Source: Laetmonice hystrix | Taxonomy: Eukaryota | Assembly (NCBI GenBank): GCA_965235115.1 | Contig: OZ249436.1 | Span: 44,952,001-45,016,000, forward strand | Length of the DNA: 64,000 nt | Reading direction: 5' to 3' | In this document: one piece after another, positions 13,709-27,754 of the stretch | Layout: each line of letters opens with the position of its first letter | Numbering within the stretch: position 1 is the first letter of the stretch | The notes under the pieces: model-generated | What the model was told of the DNA's origin: nothing | What the model saw: the letters and a program-made list of their open reading frames with translations, nothing else | The model's database searches: none | Made by a program: the position numbers and the translations under genes

Positions 13709-14320
13709 TCAGAAGGGACGGAAGGCCGAACTGTACTTATCTCCGAGTCCCTTCATACTGGTACAACGTTATGTTTATAAAAAAAAAAATCCAAAATGAC
13801 TCACACTCCTAGCAGCTCATGTCCCTTGGACATACTAATCTCAATGCGACAGGGGCCAGTTGTATGACTCTCCGTTCGTTAATTTCCCCATGTATTTTCA
13901 ATGAGAATTTTAACGGACGGAGAGTCGTATAGCCGGCATGAAGACAGGCGGGCAGGTAGTTTAATATGGCTGCATTCAGTGATTTACGCTAGAGTGCCCG
14001 TTGGGACCAGTTGTTCCACAGTTCTTTTTACATTTCCTTTGATATAGATTATACCGAGACACTTAGGCACTGCTACAAGCGGGAGACTCCATTGTAGTCC
14101 CGGGTGCATGTATAAACTCCTAATTCTACATGCCTTACAGACGTTTATTGCGGAGACTTTGCAATCCCTGGAGACGCCAAGTCCCTTCACTCAGCTTTGG
14201 CATCTCATGTTCTGTTTCGTCATTGAAATAGTCATAATTGCTGACATGGCAGAACAAATCACTATCACTCGCGCCAATAACTATTTCTTTTGTTCATGTG
14301 GGCACCTTGGGGGAAGTGAC

Positions 14321-14490
14321 TGAGCGAGTGAGCAAGTAGTTGGTGTTTAACGCCCAGTCAACAGTTGTCAGCTATATCGGGGGCAAGGTAAACAAGGTAA
14401 CCAACTCAGTCGGTGAAATCCATTGTGTGATAATGATGAGCTGAGGAAACCCGCGCACCGGGACGAACCCCTACTCTTTTCGATAGATGT
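14321..14490 (-). mobile_element. SINE-like interspersed repeat fragment
   Basis: Minus strand ends GTTGACTGGGCGTTAAACACCAAC plus a short-repeat tail; a diverged second copy lies at ~53978-54080. Confidence 0.5.
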
Positions 14491-16183
14491 ATGGTGACAG
14501 GGTCGCCCTTTGATAAAGCAGTCGGCAGCACTCCTATGGCGGTCCCGTATCCACCTTTTTTACGGTTCATCACATTTTCCCACGTGAAGATGACCTCAGT
14601 AAGACGACCTCAATAAAACACTCCTTCGCGAGACCTGGTGATGGTGGTGGGGGGGGGGGGGGAGTCAGTCGACTTGTTTTGGCCTTAGTGCCCGCTGTGG
14701 CTGGAGGTTGAGGGAAGGTCAATGTTGTAAGTGTGATTTAATACCTGTCGCTCACGAAACGGTTCTGCGCCGGACTGAAGGTCTAGAGGCTCGACTAACT
14801 GCGGTGGAATACTTCCCAATATTGAACATATGATACACACGGTCGTCCTAACTGCGCCTTGTATGACCAACATTTGATGATGCTTTTGTAAGAAGGTCCT
14901 GCATGGCGAAGGGGACGCTTTATTGAGTAAGAGTCGTTTCAACCAATCACAAATCCTGCTGTGAGATATTTACCTCATTCTCGATGGAATGGATGGTCAC
15001 CGATGACGCACTTTTGACCCCATTACACAGTCTGGACCACACTCAGTAGAAAATTCGAGAAGGATAGGTATGTTGAGAATTATATTTGAACTGTGTCTGT
15101 GCGTAGTGGGAAATCCGACTATTTACCGCTCAGGAAGTGACAGTAACGTCACAATCTCGTGGGATTTATCATTTTGCCAGTTCCGGGGAATACGCTGCTT
15201 GGCGGCAATGGTTGAAGCAATGAACCAAACTTTACGACATCCCCAACAAGCCTACTGCAATTATTAATTTCCAATTTTGCACAGATGATTTCTGTCACTG
15301 AATGATAAGTCTAAATCTAGCCTCAAAATATTTTTCTGCTTGTATCTTCACATGCCGCGATTCCTTATATGTTTACAACTGTGCGCCATTCCCCGGAAGT
15401 GGCTCTTGTCTACCCATTATCGTCACACAGGGTGACGCCACTTCAGGGCCCCGAGATCAGAACTGAGAGGGCCATGTTTGCTATTATTTTAACGGCTATC
15501 TCATGTTACAAACAAAATAAATTTTTAACATGCACACGAACATTGCATGTAAGGGGGGAATAGGGCGTTTAAGTATGTCACGAGAATTCAAGAGATTTCG
15601 CGTTAGCGGGACAAGGAGCAGATAGCCTCGCTGGTTTAACATTGCGATGGCCATAGGGAACAGTGACAGTCAATTTTGAAATATTTTCATTCTGCAGTCA
15701 AGTCGCTGTTAATATTGAGCGTTACAATACATGATTACCGGGATGTTTACTCTAGGATAAAGTTTGTTTTATAGTTTAGAAAGTTAGATTGTGAATATAC
15801 AGGCTGGTTTTTGTGAACCTGTCGGCCCTGTCAATGTTTTTTTTACATCTTCTATTTATCCTGGATAAATACAGTATCGGCTGACAGCCGTTTTTCGCTG
15901 CACTCCAGTTAGCACAATAAACAATCATCCTTTCTGGTTTTCGAGAAGTGAAAGTCTAAACAAATAAGATGTAGGTTTAAGTACAGCTTAAGTAAAGGTT
16001 AGTAACAGCGATACGAAAAAGAGAGTATATTTAATAAATGATATGTCGTATAATTCTCGTAAGCTCAGTGTCTGGATATATTCCGTATAACAGGATTACC
16101 TTGTATATATACATATATATGTATGCTACAGTAGAAGTAGAAATCCAACATATCCAATACATAGGGATGTTTAAAAGAAGTGT

Positions 16184-16447
16184 TTAACCCCTATCGGTCA
16201 CTATTGTTGATTTCAACCACCTTTTCTGTAAGCATTTAAAGTGATCTAGCGATTCTAAATTTCTTAAATATGGCTCCAGGCTATTCCACTCTCTGGCACC
16301 TTTCCATGCAATGCTTCTCTCTACACTAGAAAAGTTTGCTCTAAATGTGCTCATAGTAATTCCATCATATAATCGTGTTCTCTCGGGCATGTTAACTAAA
16401 TATCTCTGTTCCCTGCTACGCTTAAACATAAAATTTCTAATGTTAAT
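16184..16447 (-). mobile_element. 3' fragment of CR1/L2-type LINE ORF2
   Basis: RSIAWKGAREWNSLEPYLRNLESLDHFKCLQKRWL resembles the C-terminal 'G...WN.LP..I....S...FK' motif of this LINE group. Confidence 0.7.
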
Positions 16448-17237
16448 CCTATGGGAAAATTTTTGACGTCACAATCGCTTGGCGCACTTTCGGCACTACC
16501 GTGAGCTGGTTTGAGGCTATTTAACGTCATTTGCATATCCAGGTCACGAGACTTAAACCCCCTATGTGGGAGTAGACTTTAGAATACCATAGTTGGATAA
16601 ACTGGATCGTGTTTTTGACCATGTCTCACTACTTTTAAACAGATCTAGAGATATCCAATTCCCGTTATTTATGTCCTCTTTAAAACGTGTTTTCCCATCG
16701 CGTCGACTCCCTGCTCGGCTTGAGTTGAATGTCCCCTGCGGTTTTCTATCTTTCTAAAGTCGCAAAGTTGAAAATACCTCGGCCGCATGGCTGTAAATAG
16801 GTGTTGGGGTTGTCTGGCGATGCGGTCCGTGCGGGTAAACGAGAAATCGATCCGCACAGAGATCGAGTCACCACTGGATTACGAAGGTGTAATGAACGTT
16901 TTCAATTCACTAACAAATACGGAGATGAGGGTCAGCCTCCTCGTCAGCCTCAATAACGTTCACCCCGTTTTAATCCACTGGAGTAGCACCAAGTCCCAAG
17001 TCTGCGAACTGTCCACGGCTGGACGGGATCTTGTTGGTGTCTTTCTATGGGAGCCCCTTCCCCTCCTGGAAACTGGTGGGCCAGGAGATTTCCGCCTCTC
17101 AAGAAGTCCCGTATAGAAAACAGGTTCTGTCAGTATAGTGGCGGCTGCAGGCGGAGCGTTGGCAGGCGTGTCCCCAGCTGCTGATTGGGTTCATCGGGCC
17201 GTGGACCCTACTCGACAAGCCATGGTTTCTGACCGCT

Positions 17238-19171
17238 AGGGTAGCACGGGCCCTGACACAGACAGACGTGGGTGGGGAGGGTGGCACGGATCCTGACACG
17301 GACAGACGTGGGTGGGGAGGGTAGCACGGACTCTGACACAGACAGACGTGGGTGGGGAGGGTAGCACGGATCCTGACACAGACAGACGTGGGTGGGGAGG
17401 GTAGCACGGACCCTGACACAGACAGACGTGGGTGGGGAGGGTAGCACGGATCCTGACACGGACAGACGTGGGTGGGGAGGGTAGCACGGACTCTGACACA
17501 GACAGACGTGGGTGGGGAGGGTAGCACGGTCCCTGACACGGACAGACGTGGGTGGGGAGGGTAGCACGGACCCTGACACAGACAGACGTGGGTGGGGAGG
17601 GTAGCAGGGACCCTGACAGACAGACGTGGGTGGGGAGGGTAGCACGGACCCTGACACGGACAGACGTGGGTGGAGAGGGTAGCACGGACCCTGACACAGA
17701 CAGACGTGGCTGGGGAGGGTAGCACGGTCCCTGACACGGACAGACGTGGGTGGGGAGGGTAGCACGGACCCTGACACAGACAGACGTGGGTGGGGAGGGT
17801 AGCAGGGACCCTGACAGACATACGTGGGTGGGGAGGGTAGCACGGACCCTGACACAGACAGACGTGGGTGGGGAGGGTAGCACGGGCCCTGACACGGACA
17901 GACGTGGGTGGGGAGGGTAGCACGGACCCTGACACAGACAGACGTGGGTGGGGAGGGTAGCACGGGCCCTGACACGGACAGACGTGGGTGGGGAGGGTAG
18001 CACGGACCCTGACACAGACAGACGTGGGTGGGGAGGGTAGCACGGGCCCTGACACGGACAGACGTGGGTGGGGAGGGTAGCACGGACCGTGACACGGACA
18101 GACGTGGGTGGGGAGGGTAGCACGGACCCTGACACAGACAGACGTGGGTGGGGAGGGTAGCACGGACCCTGACACAGACAGACGTGGGTGGGGAGGGTAG
18201 CACGGACTCTGACACGGACAGACGTGGGTGGGGAGGGTAGCACGGACCCTGACACGGACAGACGTGGGTGGGGAGGGTAGCACGGGCCCTGACACGGACA
18301 GACGTGGGTGGGGAGGGTAGCACGGACCCTGACACAGACAGACGTGGGTGGGGAGGGTAGCACGGACCCTGACACGAACAGACGTGGGTGGGGAGGGTAG
18401 CACGGACCCTGACACGGACAGACGTGGGTGGGGAGGGTAGCACGGACCCTGACACAGACAGACGTGGGTGGGGAGGGTAGCACGGACCCTGACACAGACA
18501 GACGTGGGTGGGGAGGGTAGCACGGACCCTGTCACGTGGGTGGGGAGGGTAGCACGGACCCTGACACGGACAGACGTGGTTGGGGAGGGTAGCACGGACC
18601 CTGACACGGACAGACGTGGGTGGGGAGGGTAGCACGGACCCTGACACGGACAGACGTGGGTGGGGAGGGTAGCACGGACCCTGACACAGACAGACGTGGG
18701 TGGGGAGGGTAGCACGGACCCTGTCACGTGGTTGGGGAGGGTAGCACGGACCCTGACACGGACAGACGTGGGTGGGGAGGGTAGCACGGACCCTGTCACG
18801 TGGGTGGGGAGGGTAGCACGGACCCTGACACGGACAGACGTGGTTGGGGAGGGTAGCACGGACCCTGACACGGACAGACGTGGGTGGGGAGGGTAGCACG
18901 GACCCTGACACGGACAGACGTGGGTGGGGAGGGTAGCACGGACCCTGACACAGACAGACGTGGGTGGGGAGGGTAGCACGGACCCTGTCACGTGGTTGGG
19001 GAGGGTAGCACGGACCCTGACACGGACAGACGTGGGTGGGGAGGGTAGCACGGACCCTGACACGGACAGACGTGGGTGGGGAGGGTAGCACGGACCCTGA
19101 CACAGACAGACGTGGGTGGGGAGGGTAGCACGGGCCCTGACACAGACAGACGTGGGTGGGGAGGTTAGCAC
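17238..19171. repeat. 40-bp G-rich minisatellite
   Basis: GGGTAGCACGGACCCTGACACAGACAGACGTGGGTGGGGA x ~49, with shorter variants. Confidence 0.97.
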
Positions 19172-20124
19172 CGAACACCGCGAGCACTACTGCCAAAACA
19201 GAAACCATGCATGGGCCCGATGTATACTGAAACCGGAGTTATGTACATACGAGGCTACAAGACGATATTCTACCAAACATATGATTGACATCTGGTCTGA
19301 GATGAATTTGCAAACATGCATGTTGCTATATTGGAAATAGTTGGAATCTTTCTGACATACCATGTAATTGGACCCCTTTAATGGGTTTTATAATCATGTC
19401 TAAGTATTGTATCTCCTTACACACGTACCTTGACAGGACGATTAAATGACGCAGGAAGATGGAAAGTATGTAACAGCAATAAATCGTATAGAAACAAACC
19501 AGTTACCCATTCTCACTGGTACGCCGCGACTGAAAAAAAGCCGATTGGATCATAACGTCCCGTATACAAAAAGAAATTGATTTATTGAAGGGGGAATGTT
19601 TTAGTCATCGTTCTGAGCTGCGCATGCCAGAACACTGTGCACACTTCCGGTCGAGTATCTCAATATCACAATGTGGGCAGTAATTTCATACAAGATTGAA
19701 AAGTACAGTTATAGTTTGCCATCCCCCACCCCCCGCTTTCTGAACGATAGGGTGTATACATCTACTTGGTTTAGAAGAATACTGAACGCTCCATGTTATT
19801 GATAGCAATATGTTTTTCACGAAGGAGTTTTACTACCTTTTTACTTGTTTTACTACAAATTTCAATTTGTCCATGTAGTTTATAAACTGGTGTGGGGTAG
19901 GTGTGGCAAGTGAGAGCCTGTCGGATTGCAGAATAATCATTGTTTATGATGGCCGCCAGGTTTGCAGCCTTTTAGTGCCATTTTTCTCACCCCCCGTCCC
20001 CCAGTGCTCTGCAACTGGGTCGCCAGAGGCTTTGGCATATCTGAGCGACTGGACATATAAGGAGCCCTTGCAATTTTTCGAAAGGGAGTATGGGATTGCC
20101 TAAAAGTTGAGGGTTTCCTTTCAC

Positions 20125-20137
20125 CATCATCATCATC

Positions 20138-20168
<31 letters not shown>

Positions 20169-20176
20169 TCGCCATC
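20125..20176. repeat. (CAT)n microsatellite
   Basis: direct reading. Confidence 0.95.
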
Positions 20177-20383
20177 GTCTCTGGATTCAACCCTCGTAAA
20201 AGTTTTATTTTGAAGGGTGACCCAGCAAAATTTAGGATGAAATATTTTATGATTTAATCAAAAGTCATTTGGTGGAGCAAAGGGAGTGCTAATGTCGTAA
20301 ACGAACGCTCCTATGTGGTAAATGTGTGCACACATTATGCACCTGTGTGTAGAAAAGTGTTGAAATTAATTATTATGAATATT

Positions 20384-20814
20384 ATTTTACGAAGCAAAAA
20401 GCTAATCCGTCGCCCTTTTAGACGAACCGTTACAAAACGTAATTCTACACCAATGATGGGTCCCCGGCTGACGAACCGTTACAAAACGTAATTCTACACC
20501 AATGATGGATCCCCGGCTGACGAACCGTTACAAAACGTAATTCTACACCAATGATGGGTCCCCGGCTGACAAACCGTTACAAAACGTAATTCTACACCAA
20601 TGATGGGTCCCCGGCTGACGAACCGTTACAAAACGTAATTCTACACCAATGATGGATCCCCGGCTGACGAACCGTTACAAAACGTAATTCTACACCAATG
20701 ATGGATCCCCGGCTGAGGAACCGTTACAAAACGGGGAGCCATCATTGGTGTAGAATTACGTTTTGTAACGGTTCGTCTAAAAGGGCGATGGATTAGCTTT
20801 TTGCTTCGTAAAAT
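20384..20814. mobile_element. MITE with ~80-bp TIRs and internal 49-bp tandem array
   Basis: ATTTTACGAAGCAAAAAGCTAATCC... is inverted at 20734-20814; the inner TIR segment is repeated ~6x. Confidence 0.8.
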
Positions 20815-21156
20815 TCCCGCTGTGTACATAGAAGAAAGATGCTCACGACAGTGTGGATGTCTCTTTCCTTAAACCCTTGTAACGTAAACATATGCGGCTG
20901 ATACAGAGTAGCGACACATCACCCAAGGAAAACCTACATCACAACAGATTACGCCATGAAAGGTATGTCCAACTGCCGAAAAACGGCTATGCAACGACGG
21001 TGACTATTCACAAAATGGATGGTCTCAAATGTGACTGAGAACCTGGCCCGTAGTGTTTGGTTAAATATTACCGGCATTGACTCCTTACAGCTCCCATCAA
21101 GAACAAGTCTTAAAAACACGGACTTTGACGTTTTGTTGATGGTATAAATCTAGACG

Positions 21157-21338
21157 CATGGAGGAGGACCCAGGAATTTTTTTTAGGGGGGGGGCTAACC
21201 ATCGGGCTAAAACGTATTATTAGGCATAGGCCTAAAATATATGATAAATATGATCATACTTGGATGATAAAAGAAAGTAGCTATAACATCGCCAGAATTT
21301 AGGGGGGCTGAAGGCCCCCCACCTTGGATCCGCCGGTG
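21157..21338. mobile_element. MITE with CA..TG ends and 5-bp TSD
   Basis: CATGGAGGAGGACCCAGG...TTGGATCCGCCGGTG (degenerate TIRs); AGACG on both flanks. Confidence 0.65.
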
Positions 21339-24300
21339 AGACGTGGCCACCCTTAACTAGCTCTGCGTGATGTGGCAGAGCCCATAAGAAATTTATCAAA
21401 TGCGACGGTTTGCTCGGTTTCAATGCCGATTTCAAACCCCTGTCATGGTTTCTACTTAAAGTACAATGTCCCTGTAAATATGTGCACTGCTAATTCCTCA
21501 TGCAAAACATCGTCTATTACTAAGGTAATTACTAAGGTAATTACTGTAATTAGGACTGCGTGGGCCTTTCGAGATCATTTGAAACCGACTTTTTAAACTC
21601 CTCCGTCGCCATTTTTAAAAGAATCCCTACTGTACGCACATGCGCAGTACAAATAACAACAATAACGACAGACGAGTATGGGCCCAAACAGCCCAGAATC
21701 GTTCACAAATCCGGCCGTAATCTATTACATCATATTATTACATAATTTCCTAAACTACGCGCATCACTCCAACAGGTGTTACGGGAAGTAATCATGTATT
21801 CGTAGAGATTAGAATCGGTGGTTTCTATATTTGAAAGCATTTGAATAATTATTTCTCTACGTGTCGTCCATCGACCCAATAACGAGAGTGTATGGGGACA
21901 AACTTTGGCTATAGTACATCCTGCCTGCATAGTACATTGATGTGGTAAATGAGAATTACTGCGCGTTGTCATCGCTCTACCACTTTTCCCTTTCGAAGCA
22001 TCAACGTGAAAGTACGCCAGGCATATTTACAGTATTCCCCTGTTTGTTTTGATGTGTATTAATGTTTGTTTCCTTGGCGCTGTGAGGCATTTTTGGCACA
22101 TGTTTCACTACAACCGCCCGAACTGTCCGCCATTGTTGTTGTTGATCGTCTACCACAACTGACCTTGGTTGGAGACCTGCGCCCTCTGGTGGCAGTCTGG
22201 CCGCACCATCTCTGGTGCGGCGGTAGAGGGCAGCAGCAGAGGACAGGTCTACAACTGACCCCGTTTACGGCAATCGCGACAATCGAGCCAGCCTGTGCCA
22301 CGGACTCGACCCCCGCACCCGGCCGCCCACTTGGTGAGCCCGTTGATCTGTGCTGTAGTCCGAGAGACTCTGACCCTCTCCGAGGGGAAAGTTTCTCTCG
22401 AGACCGCGATAATCGAGTGGAGCAGCTCTCACCATACCGCTTAGTTAGGGGCCGTCCATTAAGATCGTACGCAAGGGACTGGGACAGGGGGTCATTTTTC
22501 CATGATTTTGTGTGTATGTACTTCATGCTCGACCCCTTTTAGCCCCCTTCGGTCCCGTGCGGCGCACGGGTTCTTGCTAGTTATTTCTATTTCTATTTCT
22601 GTTTTCATCATTTCCTCGTGCAGCTCCTGCGAGAGGGCCTCGTTGTTGATGCACGTGTTACTATATCCAGCGGGACCCTTCCACCACACTTTTAAAGTTT
22701 TACTTCCGTCATAAAGCTGTCATCAGTTGCCACCATGGCGTCAAATCGCCACTCAGTGAATCTTCAGGGGCTCCATCCGGGTGTCAAATCAACTTGTTCA
22801 ACGCCTTCATTCTGTGGCCATCTTATCCACCTGGGTCTGAAACCTGCGAATGTGAGCGACATAACGCACTTAGCCCCCTCACAGAGGTCAAAGGTTAGGT
22901 CGACGGCGGCGAGATGGGCCGGGAATGGTAAGTATATAGTATCCAAGGTCGCCGTCAGAGGGCATCCATGACACGATTATCGGACCTCCATGTTCCCCCA
23001 GCGCGGTTTCGTCACCATACCTGTTGTTAGCCGCGCACCGAGCCACAACTTTACGTGTTGGCTGATGTCGGTAACATGAGACTGCGCCAAGTGGACGTCA
23101 ACGCCAGGACACCCCCCACCCCCACCCCCACCCCACCCACCCCACCCCACCCCCTGCCCCACCCGCCCCGGCACCCCGCCTAGCACCCTGGAGACCGGGC
23201 CCGGAGGTCCAACCTGGCAGGGAGGGCCGAGAAGACCTCGGGTATCGATCTAATTGAGGTCAGGGCACTGGGTGGTAGGATGAGAACGGTTCTCGTCAGA
23301 TGGGATTCACGGCTAGAATAGGATTGGGTCGACCATCCACAGCTTTGTTATTGCTTTAAATTAGAAAATGCTCTTCGATCGGAGCCTGCCGGTCCAGTTA
23401 ATTCGGACGTGTCATTTTGTATATTGCCGCAACCCGTCCCAAGACATGCGCGGTCTCTATATTGACTGACAGGAAGTGATTCTGTCGGCAAGCGTTCCAT
23501 AGACGGATAATGCACACAAAATTACAAGACATAAATGTCGCACGCAGCGTCTTAGTGATCGACCTTGCGAATTGCCAGTTTTTCCATAGAAATGCTCCAA
23601 CCTACTTCCGTGTAGGGAGTTTAGGTTTTGGCGATAATGGAGATTTAAACACAGAGGAAACGTAACGAAGAACGCTGTGGAAATCTTCCCTCCGACTCCG
23701 GGTGAAAACGATTTAGCGATCAAGCGTTCCTCTGGCGTCCTCCATTGTGACGTCCACTTCCGGTTCGCTTCACCAGACAGACGTCATCTCGACAAACGCC
23801 GAGATTTTAGACGTGATTTGATGTGGGTGGCGAGGGAGACCTTGGAGCGAGGGGGACGCTTGGTGGAGCTAGCGGAAAACGTATTCATTTACGGTTAGGG
23901 CGTGGAGGGCACGGTGGTAGATGTAAACAAGGGGGCATCTGGGGATACATCAGGACTTGTATTGATTCTGCGAGATTACCCCCATACCATAGGGATCTGC
24001 AATCCCTGCCAATGTGGCAAGGCGTCGGGCTGCTTTCTAACTGCCGACGGTTACAACCGCTAGGGGCTGACAGCAAGTCCTCAAGTCTCTCTGGGACAGT
24101 AACTAGATAACACAGCTAGAAGTAACTTCGAATCTGAATTGTAAACAATAAATCAAGGAAAATTTAAGAATATTAATATACGCAATGACAGATACACAAT
24201 GATTGACCTCTACTTACAGATTCACGATAGCGTTCCTCTTATGAAAGCAATTAGGCCTTTGATTGCAATTGTACTAAATTTAATTAAAAGGTCGGTTACT

Positions 24301-24643
24301 CTTGATCTCTCGTAACTTTATCCTAGCTTTTATGTCCTCCTGATTCCATGTCGTTCGAGATTAAAATGACACTCAGAAAGACGCCGGGAAAGTTTGAAAG
24401 TATGAAGTTGGGTAGAATATATACTCACATAGCAGAAACCCTGTCACCACCCTACTGCACGCCTGGAAGGGTTCAGAAAGTAGTGCTTATTTAAATGACT
24501 GAGTACTTCCAACGGCTCGGTAGATAGTAGTGATTGAGGTCCCATTAGAAAGCCCACACCCTCAGAGTTACGCTACATGTTTTTCGATCGACTCGGTGGA
24601 GTAGAAAAACCATTGTGAGGTGTCTATCTGAGACGGAACGTGG

Positions 24644-24905
24644 ACTAATACTGCCGTGAAATGACAAAAGGAAGCAAGTCCAAATGTTCATGTTTCGAGA
24701 AATGGCCTAAAACAAGTTGTCTCTACAGTGCAGTTGGATGGACATGCTTGCTCCTGTCATGCGACTGATAGCTTCATAGAAGGATGTTTAGCAGAAATAC
24801 ACCCATTGATAGATAGGGATTACTTCTCTCAATCCAAATTTACACTTAAGTAGATTTTGATGAAAGTTGGACTTGCTTCCTTTTGTCATTTCACGGCAGA
24901 ATAGT
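24644..24905. mobile_element. MITE with ~40-bp TIRs
   Basis: ACTAATACTGCCGTGAAATGACAAAAGGAAGCAAGTCCAA / TTGGACTTGCTTCCTTTTGTCATTTCACGGCAGAATAGT. Confidence 0.75.
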
Positions 24906-25071
24906 TGAGCTCAGTAGGGAAGGTACCTCTGCCGCTAGAATTACGCCTGCAGTGTTCTGTACGAACTGGAAAAAGAGTCCGTAGACGGTTCATGCAGTCA
25001 GTTTGTGCAATTACTTCCGGGCAAGAGGGGCTGCGCTGTTAGTCAGGGAATGAGGCATGGGGGTGAGGAGT

Positions 25072-25398
25072 CGTCATCGAGTATGGGTAAACCCCTGCCC
25101 GGCGTCATCGAGTATGGGTAAACCCCTGCCCGGCGTCATCGAGTATGGGTAAACCCCTGCCCGGCGTCATCGAGTATGGGTAAACCCCTGCCCGGCGTCA
25201 TCGAGTATGGGTAAACCCCTGCCCGGCGTCATCGAGTATGGGTAAACCCCTGCCCGGCGTCATCGAGTATGGGTAAACCCCTGCCCGGCGTCATCGAGTA
25301 TGGGTGAGCCCCTGCCCGGCGTCATCGAGTATGGGTAAACCCCTGCCCGGCGTTATCGAGTATGGGTAAGCCCCTGCCCGGTGTCATGGGTAAGCCCT
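25072..25398. repeat. 31-bp minisatellite
   Basis: CGTCATCGAGTATGGGTAAACCCCTGCCCGG x ~10. Confidence 0.95.
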
Positions 25399-25615
25399 GT
25401 TATATGCTATTTCCTCATATTTCACAATTTCACTATAATTAGTCAGCGGATCAAATTATGTGGTCGTTCTGTCTCCTTCTGGTATCCCAACAAAATGGGA
25501 GGAAAACTCCCTTCTTGTTCACTGTAGTCCAAGGAAAGATATAAAGTTGCATTGTTTGGCACTCTAACCTCTAATGTGGCTTCTGGATGGCTACAGAGCT
25601 AATGTTCAACTGTTA

Positions 25616-25813
25616 AGGGCCTGACCCATTAAGGCGATTTCCCTTGCGAGGGCCATGCGATTTTTAATTTAATGGTGGAATTTCACTCTGAAATTTTTCC
25701 TGGCTGGGTTTCCCTGTTTAAGCAAAGGGGTTCCATCTCAAATTCACAGTAAAATAAAAGGGTGATGTCAAAATCGCATGAACGTCGCAAATCGCCTGAG
25801 TGGATCAGGCCCT
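25616..25813. mobile_element. degenerate MITE
   Basis: AGGGCCTGACCCATTAAGGCGATTT / AAATCGCCTGAGTGGATCAGGCCCT imperfect inverted ends. Confidence 0.6.
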
Positions 25814-27754
25814 CCTGCTGACAATATTCTGGGTGCACGGACTCTTGCAGCCCACCCCGGCCCTCTTACTGTGCCGAGCCACGAGTGATCTTTCCATTAG
25901 CCAGACCGGTGGGCCAAAGACAGCCAGAAAAGGTCGTCTTGGGTGACGATCTGACTGCTCTCTCGGAACCCGACCTATTGGCATACAGATCTATGGAGTT
26001 GTCTGCTGGCTTGGCGTCTTTGGATTAACACTCGTTTCGAGATATTAGCCTATATTTGCACATAATTTGCTGTCCAGGTCCGCAAAATTTGAGGTGCACT
26101 TATTTCACTTATTGAAATGTCGAACGGTCTTTCTATGAACAGTGACCACGTTAAATGCATTAGCTCCTGTTTGTCTACGTCTAGCTTATTGCCATGGCAA
26201 CCCGGCCGTTATGAGCAGTGACGCGCCATATGTGAAAAATCGCGACGTCATCCGCGTCGTCTCGTCTGCTCCACGAGGCAGCGTCTGACATGTGGGCGTT
26301 CGCAGTGCCGCGCCACTTCTAAATAACGTGAACGTTTTCATTTAAACGCCCTCAGTTTCGTTACGGTATGCCGTAATTGAGAGCGTTGCCCCGTACTGAA
26401 CCCATTTATACCTGGGGTAATAATGGCTTTAACGTCTGAACTAAGGTATTACCTTTGTTGGAGAGAGACACCAATTACTAGAGGCTGCAATGCATCTTCA
26501 TCAAGGCAGAAAATGAAAAGATGTCTTCGGTCCCCCGGGACAAGGATGGCAGTGTTAGTGTGGAATATACGATCCGCTCTAGACGCGTCAGGATGCAATT
26601 ACCATCATGTTGAAAGACGCTACATGTTCCTGTGGTATTAGATCTAGTTCTTTCAGGATGGGAGCCACCCGTAGGCCTTTAACACCTTGAAATCATGCTG
26701 TCTACACTGTAAAAAACTGCTGCGTATTTTTACAGTTAATTTCACTGGCGTCCCAGCTGCCAGTTATAATAACTGTAATTAAACAGGCAAAATACGTAAA
26801 TTTGACAGAAACATTTGTAATTTTATGGCTTTTTTTGTAAATGTAAGGATTACTGCATTATTTTACAGGTAACTCTACTGTAAAATAAATTTACACCAAA
26901 TAAATCTGTAACTTTTGTCTGTTATTCTACGAATATTGTGTACAGTGAAGAGATGGCAGTGCACCCAACACAAACACACGTTGCCATTTTGGTCAAAAGA
27001 CTGATATTCTTAGTATCACGTATATATGATTATAATTATCATAACTACATCTGTATTTTAAGGTTTCTTTCCGTGGTCTTCATTTCGTTAACCGTAAGCC
27101 TGATACTATGATTAGTTCGGGATCAGATTTCACCACAAACTGCCAATTTCTCACTCTTGTCTGTGAAACGATTGTTCATACGGAGGTGCCAACACTTATA
27201 GGGCCGTGTAATCGAGACGGCCTTGTAATAGTGATAACATTGGTAAATCAAGCCTGCCAAGTTACATCTACAAATTATTTGTTCGACCTACTATCACATG
27301 GAGCCAATAATAAGAAAATAATTTTTCAAGACCTCAGTCCGGAAGTTGTTAGAACCGTTCCGTTTTGATGACTCCTTTCTTGATCTATGATTGCTGCATG
27401 GGAGAGCTCTTTTGAAATGTATGTAAGGAAGTTGTAAGAAAGACTGGAAGGTAGCATGTGAGGGCCCTTAAAAAGAGCACATCCCACACCTTCTGGGCTT
27501 TGAAAGGTAGCCTACAATTTGAACAATCTGTACACTCCAATCATGCCCGGGGGATTGTGATCTTCTCTTGACGAGCCCATAATATTCCATGAAACATGTT
27601 TCCATGGCCAGTCTTTGTAAAAGGCACAATTTACGTAGAGCAGCTGTCCCTTGTAATCTTACAAGTCCGAATTCCACCGCCCTGCATGTGAAAATAGAAA
27701 CATTATACGAACCATTATCCTACTATATATTAGGCCTACTATTAGGGCTTATTT

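Noticed and set aside
13530..13799. (LGLAE)n pentapeptide-repeat ORF
   Set aside because: 15-bp minisatellite with a GTG start; no supporting gene structure.
17099..19208. 420-690 aa Cys/Pro-rich minus-strand ORFs
   Set aside because: 40-bp minisatellite read in shifting frames.
17221..19209. 11-bp inverted match (CATGGTTTCTG / CAGAAACCATG) flanking the 40-bp array
   Set aside because: Too short, asymmetric relative to the array ends, and no TSD; probably chance.
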